DNA of 64,000 nt from positions 6,170-70,169 of the forward strand of contig MGFR01000003.1 of NCBI GenBank assembly GCA_001791995.1, given 5' to 3'. A program made the translations under genes and the position numbers. Below, piece after piece: positions 20,680 through 29,719 of this stretch (its first letter is position 1; each line of letters opens with the position of its first letter). Source of the stretch: Candidatus Woesebacteria bacterium RBG_13_46_13 (GTDB lineage Bacteria > Patescibacteriota > Microgenomatia > UBA8517). The notes under the pieces were generated by a model. It did not search any database. It was given only the letters and a program-made list of their open reading frames with translations, and was not told the origin of the DNA.

Positions 20680-21285
20680 ATGCGTTTAATGCGGGGGTTA
20701 ACCGTTACGGAACTGATGATTGTGGTGGTAATTATTGCGTTCTTGGCTCTTTTGGCATTTTGGGCTGTCAGAACCCAGGTTTATAAAGGCTTCGACGCCC
20801 GACGCAAAGCGGATATCCACAGAATTAAAGTGGCGGTTGAGGAATACGAAAAGGACCACGACTGCTACCCCACCCCGGATTTGGTTGTTTGTAAGCCCCA
20901 GGATACCGGTCTAAGGCCCTACCTGGACAAAATTCCCTGCGACCCGAGAACGAACGGGTCTTATTATTACGACCACGAAAACTCTTCCTGTCCCAAGTGG
21001 TACCGGCTATATACGGCTTTTGAAAACATCAAGGATTCAGACTATATGGGTCCTTTGGGGCCCGGTAATTCCTTCAACTATTTTTCGGGCAGTCCCAACG
21101 CTCCTTATCCCTCAGCTCCACCCTCCAACTTTTACGGCTGCAGAAGCGGAGTCTGCGTTCCCATCCTATGGAACCCCACCCGCCCGGGTGCGGAGTGCGA
21201 CCCGAATTTCGGTAGCTCCTCCTGCTACGGTAAATGTACGGATCCGAATACCGGGGCTCCGATTAACGAATGCACCCAAATATGA
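20680..21285 (+). CDS. pilin-like protein with Cys-rich C-terminal domain
   Basis: Prepilin-type N-terminus MRLMRG|LTVTELMIVVVIIAFLALL with Glu+5. The C-terminal half has 8 Cys. Start ambiguous: in-frame starts at 20665, 20671, 20680 and 20689. Confidence 0.6.
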   Translation: MRLMRGLTVTELMIVVVIIAFLALLAFWAVRTQVYKGFDARRKADIHRIKVAVEEYEKDHDCYPTPDLVVCKPQDTGLRPYLDKIPCDPRTNGSYYYDHENSSCPKWYRLYTAFENIKDSDYMGPLGPGNSFNYFSGSPNAPYPSAPPSNFYGCRSGVCVPILWNPTRPGAECDPNFGSSSCYGKCTDPNTGAPINECTQI

Positions 21286-21899
21286 AGAACTTTTTGACCC
21301 GGAAAGAAATTGTCGGGATTACACTTATCTTAACCTTCATTTTCGCCCTCTCTTCTTATAACTTCAAACTCAGTCTGCGCCGCTCGCGGGATATCCAAAG
21401 AAGAGACGACTTAACCGCCCTCGCCCAGGGTCTGGAGAGCTTTTACGATGACGACGACTTCGGTTTCTATCCCCCGTCCAGTCCGGACGGAAAGATATTG
21501 GCTTGTATTCCCGCCGGGGTTGACCCCGAAACGATCAAAGAGATTGTCGGAGGAAGAGCGGTGAACAAGAAAAAGATTTTTGCCGCTCTCACCGGCTGCG
21601 AGTGGGGCAACTCCGCTTTAGTAGATGCGTCTGACTTGTCCAAGGAACCCTATTTAAGCGCAATTCCCCAAGATGTTAAGGAATCCTCGGGTTATTCCTA
21701 TATCTATTTCTCTACCGGAAAGCATTTTCAGGTTTACGGGGCTTATGAAGGCAAAGGCTTACCCGAATACGACCCTAAGATAGTTGCCAGGGGGATTCTT
21801 TGTGGAAGGCAAATCTGCACTTTCGGTAAAGCCTCCCGCGGAACACCTTTGGACAAATCTTTGGAAGAATTTGAAAGAGAACTTCAAAAAGGTCCGTAA
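21282..21899 (+). CDS. pseudopilin-like protein with non-canonical N-terminus
   Basis: Hydrophobic N-terminus TRKEIVGITLILTFIFAL lacks the G-F-x-x-x-E motif. It retains the pseudopilin RRSRDIQRRDDLTALAQGLESFY block. ATGA overlap with the upstream gene. Confidence 0.5.
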   Translation: MKNFLTRKEIVGITLILTFIFALSSYNFKLSLRRSRDIQRRDDLTALAQGLESFYDDDDFGFYPPSSPDGKILACIPAGVDPETIKEIVGGRAVNKKKIFAALTGCEWGNSALVDASDLSKEPYLSAIPQDVKESSGYSYIYFSTGKHFQVYGAYEGKGLPEYDPKIVARGILCGRQICTFGKASRGTPLDKSLEEFERELQKGP

Positions 21900-21923
21900 T
21901 TTGAGTATAGTGTATATAGGGAT

Positions 21924-22472
21924 ATGCCCACTGCCAAAAGAAAATACCAAAAGACTTCCCCGGGTTTTACCCTGGTAGAGCTTCTGGTGGTCATGGCCAT
22001 CATCTCCATTCTGGCAACCCTTATCGTCGGCGGATTCCGGACGGCCCAGATGCGCGGCCGGGACGCCCAAAGGAAAAGCGATTTAAAACAAATTTCAAAC
22101 GCTTTGGAGCTTTTCTATGCGGATTACGGAAAATACCCTGCGGCCTCGGGAACACAAATCGCAGCCTGTGCATATAACCCCCAAACCGGGGCGGGTGCGG
22201 CCTGTGTCTGGGGAACATCGCAGGTAACGGACGGCAAGACCACCTACTTCAGGGTTATTCCCAAAGATCCGGCAACGGGACAGAATTATGTTTATAAAGT
22301 CTCAAGTGCCAAAAACATGTACCAGCTCTATGCCCACATAGAAAATCCCCAGGATAAAAACTGCATCGACGCAAATTGCGTAAACCCCGTTACGGACACC
22401 TGCGGAGGAACTTTGGTTTGTAACTTTGCCGTAAACAGTACCAATACGACAGCCACGGAGGTTTTGCCATGA
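21924..22472 (+). CDS. pseudopilin (GspG-like), paralogue 1 of 4
   Basis: SPG|FTLVELLVVMAIISILA with Glu+5. RGRDAQRKSDLKQISNALELFYADYGKYP block. Confidence 0.75.
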   Translation: MPTAKRKYQKTSPGFTLVELLVVMAIISILATLIVGGFRTAQMRGRDAQRKSDLKQISNALELFYADYGKYPAASGTQIAACAYNPQTGAGAACVWGTSQVTDGKTTYFRVIPKDPATGQNYVYKVSSAKNMYQLYAHIENPQDKNCIDANCVNPVTDTCGGTLVCNFAVNSTNTTATEVLP

Positions 22473-22963
22473 ACAGACTCAAAACCACAATTTCCAAGGG
22501 CTTTACGCTGGTTGAGCTCTTGGTGACAATTTCCATAATTGCCATAATTTCCACAGTGCTCCTTTCCAACTTCAATGCGGCCAGGGAAAGAGGCAGGGAC
22601 GCTCAAAGAAAAGCGGATTTGAGAAATATTCAGACAGCACTCAGAATTTTTTACAACGACTACGGAGGATTTCCGACAAGCGGAACGGGGGCAAACTTGG
22701 GTAAAATCGTAGCCTGCGGGCAATCCACCACGCCCGGTCCTTTTACCTGTGAGTACGGTTCGGCCTGGAGTGCCGACAATAAGACAATTATGTCCGTCCT
22801 TCCCAAAGATCCCCTTTCTAGCCAGGCCTATCAGTATACCCAGACCGATGCGGACTCGTATACTCTTCAGGCGTGCCTGGAAAACAAAAGCGACGACAAA
22901 GGTATTACCGCCGGAGGAACCACCTGGTGTCCGACCAACTGGATGTATCAGGTCAAACCATGA
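22469..22963 (+). CDS. pseudopilin (GspG-like), paralogue 2 of 4
   Basis: SKG|FTLVELLVTISIIAI. RGRDAQRKADLRNIQTALRIFYNDYGGFP block. ATGA overlap upstream. Confidence 0.75.
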   Translation: MNRLKTTISKGFTLVELLVTISIIAIISTVLLSNFNAARERGRDAQRKADLRNIQTALRIFYNDYGGFPTSGTGANLGKIVACGQSTTPGPFTCEYGSAWSADNKTIMSVLPKDPLSSQAYQYTQTDADSYTLQACLENKSDDKGITAGGTTWCPTNWMYQVKP

Positions 22964-23448
22964 AGAAAATAAAATTAAATAAGGGTTTTACTTTGGTTGA
23001 ACTGTTAGTGGTTATCTCCATCATCGGGATTTTGGCGGCCATTGCTTTGGTATCCTTTACCAGTTCGCAAAAACAGGCCAGGGATACGGCCAGAAAATCC
23101 GATATCAAGCAGTACCAGCTGGCTCTGGAAGGTAACGCCAATAAAACGGGCGGGCTATATCCGCAGAGACCGGATGGGGGCGGCGTAGTTGCCTGGACTA
23201 CCCTTTGTACCGATTTGGCCTTAACCACTTGCCCGCAGGATTTACGCTACACCAAGGATGCAACTTTTGTATATCAATACCAATCCGACGGAACGGTTTC
23301 CGACGGCACCGCGGTGGGAACCAAATATGTACTTTGGGCAAAACTGGAAAATATATCCCCCACCAACTACTGGATAGTCTGTTCCAACGGCAAATCGGGT
23401 CAGTCGGCATCGGGAGTTCCGCCTTCGGGAGGAACGTGTCCTATATGA
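22960..23448 (+). CDS. pseudopilin (GspG-like), paralogue 3 of 4
   Basis: NKG|FTLVELLVVISIIGILAA. ARDTARKSDIKQYQLALEG block. ATG overlaps the upstream TGA (ATGA). The ORF track starts at 22873 in the same frame. Confidence 0.7.
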   Translation: MKKIKLNKGFTLVELLVVISIIGILAAIALVSFTSSQKQARDTARKSDIKQYQLALEGNANKTGGLYPQRPDGGGVVAWTTLCTDLALTTCPQDLRYTKDATFVYQYQSDGTVSDGTAVGTKYVLWAKLENISPTNYWIVCSNGKSGQSASGVPPSGGTCPI

Positions 23449-23882
23449 TCAAAAAAGGTTTTACCCTTATCGAGTTGTTGGTGGTTATTTCCATCGTGGG
23501 GATTTTAATCGGGCTTTCGATCTTCGGCTTGGCGGGGGCCAGGGAGAGCTCGCGCGATGCCAGACGCAAAGCTGACTTGGAGCTTGTCAGGAGCGGGATC
23601 GAAATTTACCGCGCGGACTGCAACACCTACCCGGTTGCAACCTATACGACCAACTGGCCGGCACAGATTGTCGGGGACGGAAGCAGTACCTCGTGTGCGG
23701 TAGCCAATTCTTATCTGAGTAGCCCCGCCGATCCCAACTCCCCGACCAGATATTATCGGTACTCATCAGCCGGTACGACCTATGAGCTCTGTGCCTCCCT
23801 TGAACAAGGCACGGGATCCGTAACCTGTGGGGGTTCAGGCGACTGTGGTCAAGCGTGTAATTACAAAGTAACCAATCCCTGA
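23445..23882 (+). CDS. pseudopilin (GspG-like), paralogue 4 of 4
   Basis: KKG|FTLIELLVVISIVGILIG. SRDARRKADLELVRSGIEIYRADCNTYP block. ATGA overlap. The ORF track starts at 23205 in the same frame. Confidence 0.7.
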   Translation: MIKKGFTLIELLVVISIVGILIGLSIFGLAGARESSRDARRKADLELVRSGIEIYRADCNTYPVATYTTNWPAQIVGDGSSTSCAVANSYLSSPADPNSPTRYYRYSSAGTTYELCASLEQGTGSVTCGGSGDCGQACNYKVTNP

Positions 23883-23888
23883 CATGAG

Positions 23889-24389
23889 ATGCAAAAACAT
23901 TCTGCCTACACAAAACTAAACTCCGCCTATACCTTCATCGAGATTTTGGTTGCCTTAACCATCATCAGCCTGATCTTCGGCGTGGGCTACGTCAGCTTTA
24001 GGGATTTCTCCAGACGTCAGGCCTTAGCCGGTGCCGCCAGAGGAATCGTCGGAGATCTGCGTCTGGCCCAGGAAGAAGCCATCGCGGGCCAGAAACCAGC
24101 GGATATTTTTTGCAACCCGCCGGCAATCCTTAACGGATATAACTTTCGTGTGGTAAATGCCCAGAATTATGTGGTGGAAGCCAACTGCTCGGGAGGCAAT
24201 GTTCAGGTAAAAAGCGTAACCATCGCTTCCGATATTTCGATGTCCATTCCGTCTCCCAACCCCATTACTTTCAAGATTTTGGCCCAGGGAACCAATATTA
24301 ATGCCCCGTCCGCTACTCTGACACTGACTCAAAAAGGCACCGCGGCCACGCGGCCAATTTCCATCAGCCAAGCGGGAGAAATAAAATAG
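23889..24389 (+). CDS. minor pilin, GspH/FimT-like
   Basis: Prepilin-like N-terminus SAYTFIEILVALTIISLIF, with Ala replacing Gly at -1. RRQALAGAARGIVGDLRLAQEEAI block resembles FimT/GspH. Confidence 0.55.
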   Translation: MQKHSAYTKLNSAYTFIEILVALTIISLIFGVGYVSFRDFSRRQALAGAARGIVGDLRLAQEEAIAGQKPADIFCNPPAILNGYNFRVVNAQNYVVEANCSGGNVQVKSVTIASDISMSIPSPNPITFKILAQGTNINAPSATLTLTQKGTAATRPISISQAGEIK

Positions 24390-24860
24390 ATGACCAAAAA
24401 AATGGAAAAAGGACAAAGCCTGTTCGAAATAGTTTTGGCTCTGGCAATTGCTACCTTAATTGTTGTGGCCTTGGTTGCTCTGGCCTCCTCCGCCATCAGA
24501 AACTCCACCTTTGCCAAAAACAAAAGTTTGGCTACCCGCTATTCCCAGGAGGCAACCGAATGGTTGAGGGGGGAAAGGGACACGGATTGGGACGTCTTCT
24601 ACGCCCGAACGGCAAATCCCCTTTACTGCCTAAAATCTCTTTCCTGGACCGAGGCGACGATCGGTCAGTGTACCTCCGGGCAGGAAATAACGGGCACGGT
24701 TTATAAAAGAGAGATTGGTTTTACCCGCGAGACAGTCGATGTGGGTGGCGTCCCCAAGAACGTAGTCGAGGCGGAAATAAATGTCTATTGGCAGGACGCC
24801 CAGGGGATTCATGAGGTTAAATCCGTAACCAACTTTACCGACTGGAGGGACACAATATGA
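24390..24860 (+). CDS. minor pilin (GspI/PilV-like)
   Basis: KG|QSLFEIVLALAIATLIV with Glu+5. 156 aa. Confidence 0.6.
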   Translation: MTKKMEKGQSLFEIVLALAIATLIVVALVALASSAIRNSTFAKNKSLATRYSQEATEWLRGERDTDWDVFYARTANPLYCLKSLSWTEATIGQCTSGQEITGTVYKREIGFTRETVDVGGVPKNVVEAEINVYWQDAQGIHEVKSVTNFTDWRDTI

Positions 24861-25357
24861 AAAAACAGATATCTGCCCGCGGGGTGAGCTTTATCGAGAT
24901 TTTGGTGGTTATTGCCATTTTTGCAATTTTGGGTGTTTTGGTCGGCAGAATTACCTTGATTACCCTTAGGGGTTCCAATAAAAGCGAGTCTTTGGGAAAG
25001 GTTAGGACCAACCTGGATTATTCGTTGGCCGTAATGGAGCGCCAGTTGAGAAATGCCGAAACCGCATCTCCCTGCAACAACACCGCAGTGACGACCATCA
25101 ATTATACCGATATCGATGGAATCCCAAGTTCCTTCTCCTGTGTCAATATCGGCCCTACGGGCTATATTGCCTCAAGCTCGGCAAGGCTGACCACCGATGA
25201 GATAAAAATAACCGCCTGTTCCTTTACCTGCTCCCCTGCCGCAGGCAGGGTTCCGCCGGCAGTGACGATTTCGCTGGAGGCAGCTGATGCCAAAACAACC
25301 GGAATAGAGGCTGCCAAAGTTACGGCAACCACCAAAATCTTTCTTAGAACTTATTAG
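24857..25357 (+). CDS. minor pilin (GspJ/PilW-like)
   Basis: ARG|VSFIEILVVIAIFAIL with Glu+5. YSLAVMERQLRNA block. ATGA overlap upstream. Confidence 0.6.
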   Translation: MKKQISARGVSFIEILVVIAIFAILGVLVGRITLITLRGSNKSESLGKVRTNLDYSLAVMERQLRNAETASPCNNTAVTTINYTDIDGIPSSFSCVNIGPTGYIASSSARLTTDEIKITACSFTCSPAAGRVPPAVTISLEAADAKTTGIEAAKVTATTKIFLRTY

Positions 25358-25406
25358 CAAGTTTTAAGATTGACCGGGGTATACTTGATTGCTAAACTGA
25401 TAACGT

Positions 25407-26309
25407 ATGAAAAAACTGTCCCTGTGGGAAAATAGCTCCGGCCAGGCACTTCTTCTGGTACTTTTGTCGATGGCGGTTGTTTTGACTATTGTTCTTTCGA
25501 TACTTTCCCGAAGCGTAACCGACGTTGCGGTAACAACCCGGGAAGAGGAGGCCTTACGGGCCTTTTCCGCAGCCGAGGCAGGGGTGGAAAGGGCTTTGAT
25601 AGTAGGCTCGAGTATTGGTAGTACCGAAATAGGAGACGCTTCCTTTACCGCTGATGTTTCGGGTACTGCCCAGGCCGGTATCGAGTTTGCCAACCCGGTC
25701 GGAATCCTTTCCGGGGAATCCCTTATCTTTTGGTTCGTTGCCCATGACGATACGGGAAATTTAATCTGTAATGCCGGCAACCCCTGTTTTACGGGAAGTA
25801 AGTTTAAAATTTGTTGGGGCAAGGAAGGAACCGCTTCTGGTGATGCAACCACTCCTGCGATAGAGGTTTCCACTTATTATGCAACCACCCCGGGAGATTA
25901 CGCGACCGTCCAAATTGTCAGAGACACAGCGGATCCCAATAGTTCCAGACGGGGAACGAACAATTTCTCTGCCAACGATGCGGGAACCTGTACGGCAGGC
26001 GGGGAAAATTTCCAGTTTCAAAAGACCGTGGATTTGGCTCTCTTGGGAGTTCCGGTAGGCGCATACGGCGTGCAAAACGGATTGCAGTTTGCCAAGGTCA
26101 GAATGTTTTACAACACGGGTGTGGGTCACCAGATCGGTATCACTACGAGTTTTCCGGGCAATACATTACTCCCCTCCCAAGGTTTAAGGATCGTTTCAAC
26201 CGGGGTATCAGGAGACTCCAACAGAAAGATAGAAGTCTTTCAGGGCTTCGGGGAACTTCCGCCGATATTCGACTCTGCGGTATTTAGCTCAGGAGGAATC
26301 TCCAAATAA
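25407..26309 (+). CDS. minor pilin PilX/GspK-like
   Basis: SSG|QALLLVLLSMAVVLTIVLSIL followed by ALRAFSAAEAGVERAL, typical of PilX/GspK. No Glu+5, as in the GspK class. Confidence 0.55.
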   Translation: MKKLSLWENSSGQALLLVLLSMAVVLTIVLSILSRSVTDVAVTTREEEALRAFSAAEAGVERALIVGSSIGSTEIGDASFTADVSGTAQAGIEFANPVGILSGESLIFWFVAHDDTGNLICNAGNPCFTGSKFKICWGKEGTASGDATTPAIEVSTYYATTPGDYATVQIVRDTADPNSSRRGTNNFSANDAGTCTAGGENFQFQKTVDLALLGVPVGAYGVQNGLQFAKVRMFYNTGVGHQIGITTSFPGNTLLPSQGLRIVSTGVSGDSNRKIEVFQGFGELPPIFDSAVFSSGGISK

Positions 26310-26310
26310 C

Positions 26311-27321
26311 ATGGTGGGGCTGGACATAGGTTCCAAAACGATAAAAGTAGTTGAGTTGGCCAAAGAGGGCAACTCTTGGAGGCTTAAAGCCTCGGGTGTG
26401 ATCGGTTTTCAGGGAACCAGCCCGGATAAAGCCAAGGACCAAAGCGAACTGGCTGCCCTTGCACAAATAATTAAAAAGCTTTTTAAGGAGGCGAATATTT
26501 CCTCAAAAGAGGTAGCCCTTGCACTTCCCGAATCGCAGGTTTTCTCACGCACCGTGAAGTTCCCGCCCTTAACCGATCAGGAAATAGACTCGGCTGTTAA
26601 ATGGGAAGCCGAACAATATATTCCGATTCCGGTCAATGAGGCAATCATCGAGCATCAGATAATTGAAAGGAGAGACACCGCCTCTCCTCCGGAAGTGGTT
26701 GTTCTTTTGGTGGCGGCGCCCAGGAATCTGGTCGAACCTTATGTCAGAACGGTGCAGATGGCGGGACTCACGGTTGTCGGGGTAGAAACGGAACTAATTG
26801 CTCTGGCCAGATCCATCTCCCCCGCCAACCAAACCGTTCTCTTGGTGGATTTTGGTGCCCGCTCAACCGATATCGCCATTGTCAGGAATAACCAGTTAAG
26901 CTTTACCCGCACTATTCCCACAGCCGGAGAGGCCTTCACCAGAGCTGTTGCCCAGAGCTTGGGAGTGGAGGTTCAGCAGGCCGAAGAGTACAAAAGGGCC
27001 TATGGGCTTTCCCAAAGCCAGTTGGAGGGCAAGGTTAAGGGAGCTTTAGAGCCCATCTTCAGGGTTGTAGTCGATGAGATGAAAAAAGCAATCCATTTTT
27101 ACCAGTCGGAGGAAAAAGGGGAAGCTCCGAAATCGATTATTCTTTCGGGAGGTACGGCGGGCATGCCCGAGGCGCTATCACTTCTGACCAAGATGATGGG
27201 ACTGGAAGTGGTGGTGGGCAATCCTTTTGCCAAGGTTGCGGTTGATGCCCAGGCCGCCAAGAGTTTAGCAGCATTCGCCCCTCTCTACTCGATTGCCGTG
27301 GGGCTCGCGATGAGGGAGTAA
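26311..27321 (+). CDS. pilM: type IV pilus assembly protein PilM (actin-like ATPase)
   Basis: N-terminal VGLDIGSKTIKVVEL and internal DFGARSTDIAIV actin-fold phosphate motifs. 336 aa. Confidence 0.85.
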   Translation: MVGLDIGSKTIKVVELAKEGNSWRLKASGVIGFQGTSPDKAKDQSELAALAQIIKKLFKEANISSKEVALALPESQVFSRTVKFPPLTDQEIDSAVKWEAEQYIPIPVNEAIIEHQIIERRDTASPPEVVVLLVAAPRNLVEPYVRTVQMAGLTVVGVETELIALARSISPANQTVLLVDFGARSTDIAIVRNNQLSFTRTIPTAGEAFTRAVAQSLGVEVQQAEEYKRAYGLSQSQLEGKVKGALEPIFRVVVDEMKKAIHFYQSEEKGEAPKSIILSGGTAGMPEALSLLTKMMGLEVVVGNPFAKVAVDAQAAKSLAAFAPLYSIAVGLAMRE

Positions 27322-27324
27322 GTT

Positions 27325-27855
27325 ATGGCCGCCATTAATCTTCTACCCAAAGATCTGTTGCCGAGCGCGGGGCTAATCAAAACCGCGAAACTTCTCAAAA
27401 ATCTTTTAACCTTGGGCTTTGGCATTTTTACGATAGTCCTTGTCGGTTTGGTTGCTTTTTTTGTCCTAAACTCGATTAGCCTGCGTTCCTCCACCGCCCG
27501 CCAGGAAGAATTGAAAAATTCCATCAAGGCCCTCGAGCAAACGGAGCAGGGACTGGTCTTGGTCAAGGATAGACTTACCAAAGTCAAGGAGGTATTGGCC
27601 AAAGATTCGGGAGCGGAAGAGGTGGATAACCTGGCCAAAGTTTCGTCTTTGACCACAGCCGGTGTGGATTTGACCGAAGCCGTTGTCTTTAAAGAAGAGT
27701 TGGATACGACCTTTAACGTTTCCGATGCCAGCGTTCTGACCAGTTTTATGGCCCAGATAATTGCCTCCGGGGACTACAAGAGAATCGATTTAAACTCCTT
27801 CAGTTTTAATCCCAGCGTGGGTTATCTTATCAGTCTGGCCTTTATCAGCAAATAA
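27325..27855 (+). CDS. pilN: PilN-like bitopic pilus alignment protein
   Basis: Short cytoplasmic INLLPKD motif, which binds PilM. Single TM, coiled coil. Position immediately after pilM. Confidence 0.6.
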   Translation: MAAINLLPKDLLPSAGLIKTAKLLKNLLTLGFGIFTIVLVGLVAFFVLNSISLRSSTARQEELKNSIKALEQTEQGLVLVKDRLTKVKEVLAKDSGAEEVDNLAKVSSLTTAGVDLTEAVVFKEELDTTFNVSDASVLTSFMAQIIASGDYKRIDLNSFSFNPSVGYLISLAFISK

Positions 27856-27856
27856 C

Positions 27857-28552
27857 ATGGCACAAAGCGATTTATCAAAAAAACTACTCTCCCCCAACGT
27901 CAAGGCCTTTATGGGGCCTGTCGGGCTTTTACTGCTTTTGGCAATTTTGAGTGTTTTTGCCTTCCGCTTCGGTTTTGCCAAGATCTCCGAACAAAGGCAG
28001 TCTGTGGCCACGGCCAGACAAAACGAGTCGGTCCTGTCCCAGAAAGAGTCTATCTTAAAGGATGTCCAATCCGGTGTGCCCTCTTACGTCAAGGCGGTTG
28101 CGGCGGCACTCCCTGAGAAAAACCCCAGCCTTTCGATGGTTTCGCAACTGAGAATATTAAGCGGAGAAAAGGGCCTATCTTTGGGAAATATTAAGGTCGG
28201 TTCGGAAATAGCGGCAGGTGGGGCTTCGATTTCCGAGGTCGACGTCACCTTCGGGATAGAAGGTCCGGCCGCAGAAATAGTTTCTTTTTTGGCAGCCGTC
28301 AAGGATCTTGCACCGGTCTCAACCATTGAAAAGGCCAAAATCAACAGATCCTCAATCGGTACCCGGGCCGATATTACCTTAAGAGTCTATAAATCGGAAT
28401 TTCCCCAGAAGTTACCATCGTTAACGGAGCCCGCCAGAGCCTTAACCGATGACGAGAAGACCACTCTCACCAAACTCTCGGCTTTAAGGCTGCCCATATT
28501 TTCGGAGCTGACCCCGCAAGGAGGAGCCGTGAGGGAAAATCCCTTCGAGTAA
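27857..28552 (+). CDS. pilO: PilO-like bitopic pilus alignment protein
   Basis: Single TM followed by a coiled coil and a C-terminal alpha/beta domain. Position after pilN. Confidence 0.5.
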   Translation: MAQSDLSKKLLSPNVKAFMGPVGLLLLLAILSVFAFRFGFAKISEQRQSVATARQNESVLSQKESILKDVQSGVPSYVKAVAAALPEKNPSLSMVSQLRILSGEKGLSLGNIKVGSEIAAGGASISEVDVTFGIEGPAAEIVSFLAAVKDLAPVSTIEKAKINRSSIGTRADITLRVYKSEFPQKLPSLTEPARALTDDEKTTLTKLSALRLPIFSELTPQGGAVRENPFE

Positions 28553-28562
28553 TAATACGGAG

Positions 28563-28796
28563 TTATTGCTTTTCTACGACTTCGACCGAAACCGCTATTT
28601 TGTCCAGTGTGGCCCTGACCCTTAAGATATTTCTGATCGCTTTGATTGTACTACCCCCTTTGCCGATAATTATCCCCATGGCTTCTTTAGGAGCCTTAAC
28701 AGTCAGACTTAGTCTGCCTTCGTCTTGCACCTCTTCGATTTCGAAGTCCTTTATACCGGTGATGTTTTCGATGACAAAAGACAACAGCTCTTTCAT
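28563..28796 (-). CDS. KH-domain RNA-binding protein (YlqC/UPF0109 family)
   Basis: GIIIGKGGSTIKAIRNIL KH motif, 77 aa. Conserved position downstream of rpsP. Confidence 0.75.
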   Translation of the reverse strand: MKELLSFVIENITGIKDFEIEEVQDEGRLSLTVKAPKEAMGIIIGKGGSTIKAIRNILRVRATLDKIAVSVEVVEKQ

Positions 28797-29023
28797 TTTG
28801 CCTTCTTATCTATGAGTTCTTTGACCGCCTTGGTAACCTGTGCTCCCTTTTTCAACCATTTATCCAATTTTTCCTTGTCGATTTCGAGGGCATCTTTGGA
28901 GGGGTGCCAATAACCGATTATCTCAAGGGCCACCCCGCTGGCTTTTTGGGAGTCCTCGATGGCCACAATTCTGTAAAAGGCTTTTTTTCTGACACCAAGA
29001 CGATAGAGTCGTATTTTTACCAT
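28793..29023 (-). CDS. rpsP: 30S ribosomal protein S16
   Basis: MVKIRLYRLGVRKKAFYRIVA...GYWHP is a textbook bS16 N-terminus. Confidence 0.9.
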   Translation of the reverse strand: MVKIRLYRLGVRKKAFYRIVAIEDSQKASGVALEIIGYWHPSKDALEIDKEKLDKWLKKGAQVTKAVKELIDKKAK

Positions 29024-29034
29024 ATTGCTGGATT

Positions 29035-29718
29035 CTACTTTTTTTGAGGCTTTTTTACAAGCTCAAGTGCGGCCTCTGCCGCTTTTTGTTCCGCTTCGCT
29101 TTTGCTCTTTCCTTCGCCTTTGCCCAGGCATTTCCCGTCCGCCTTAACCTCGACGATAAAGCGCTTGTTGTGGTCGGGACCGGATTCCTCTACCACCGAA
29201 TACTTGGGAGCACCCAAGCCTTCTGACTGGACGTATTCCTGAAGACGGCTCTTGGGGTCTTTGAGGGGTCCTGCTACTTTCTCGGGTACCTCGCTGATAA
29301 GGTTGACCTTGATAAATTCATGGGTAGTTTCCAACCCCTGATCCAAAAAAAGAGCTCCGATGATGGCCTCGACGGTATCGGCCAAAAGCGAAGGGTTGTC
29401 CCGGCCTCCGCCCTCCTCTTCGCCTTTGGAAAGAAAAAGAGACGCTCCGACATTAAGCTTTCTGGCCAAACCCGCCAGGTTATCGGTATTTACCAGATTT
29501 GCCCTTAAGGCCGTGAGGTACCCTTCTTCCTTCTCCGGGAAGGAGCTGTAAAGCTCTTTGGAGACGACGAATTCGAGGATTGCATCCCCCAGAAATTCCA
29601 GTCTTTCGTTGGAGGCTCTTTCGCCCAGGTGTTCGTTAACCCAGGATTTGTGGGTAAAAGCCTGGTCCAAAAGGTTTTTGTCGCTAAAAAGATTTCTTAA
29701 GTTTTCCAGTTTATCCAT
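29035..29718 (-). CDS. rnc: ribonuclease III
   Basis: ERLEFLGDAILEF RNase III signature plus a C-terminal dsRBD (GPDHNKRF...AEQKAAEAAL). Confidence 0.9.
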   Translation of the reverse strand: MDKLENLRNLFSDKNLLDQAFTHKSWVNEHLGERASNERLEFLGDAILEFVVSKELYSSFPEKEEGYLTALRANLVNTDNLAGLARKLNVGASLFLSKGEEEGGGRDNPSLLADTVEAIIGALFLDQGLETTHEFIKVNLISEVPEKVAGPLKDPKSRLQEYVQSEGLGAPKYSVVEESGPDHNKRFIVEVKADGKCLGKGEGKSKSEAEQKAAEAALELVKKPQKK

Positions 29719-29719
29719 A

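Noticed and set aside
25364-25873. 169-aa minus-strand ORF
   Set aside because: Antisense to the PilX-like minor pilin gene within the colinear pilus operon.
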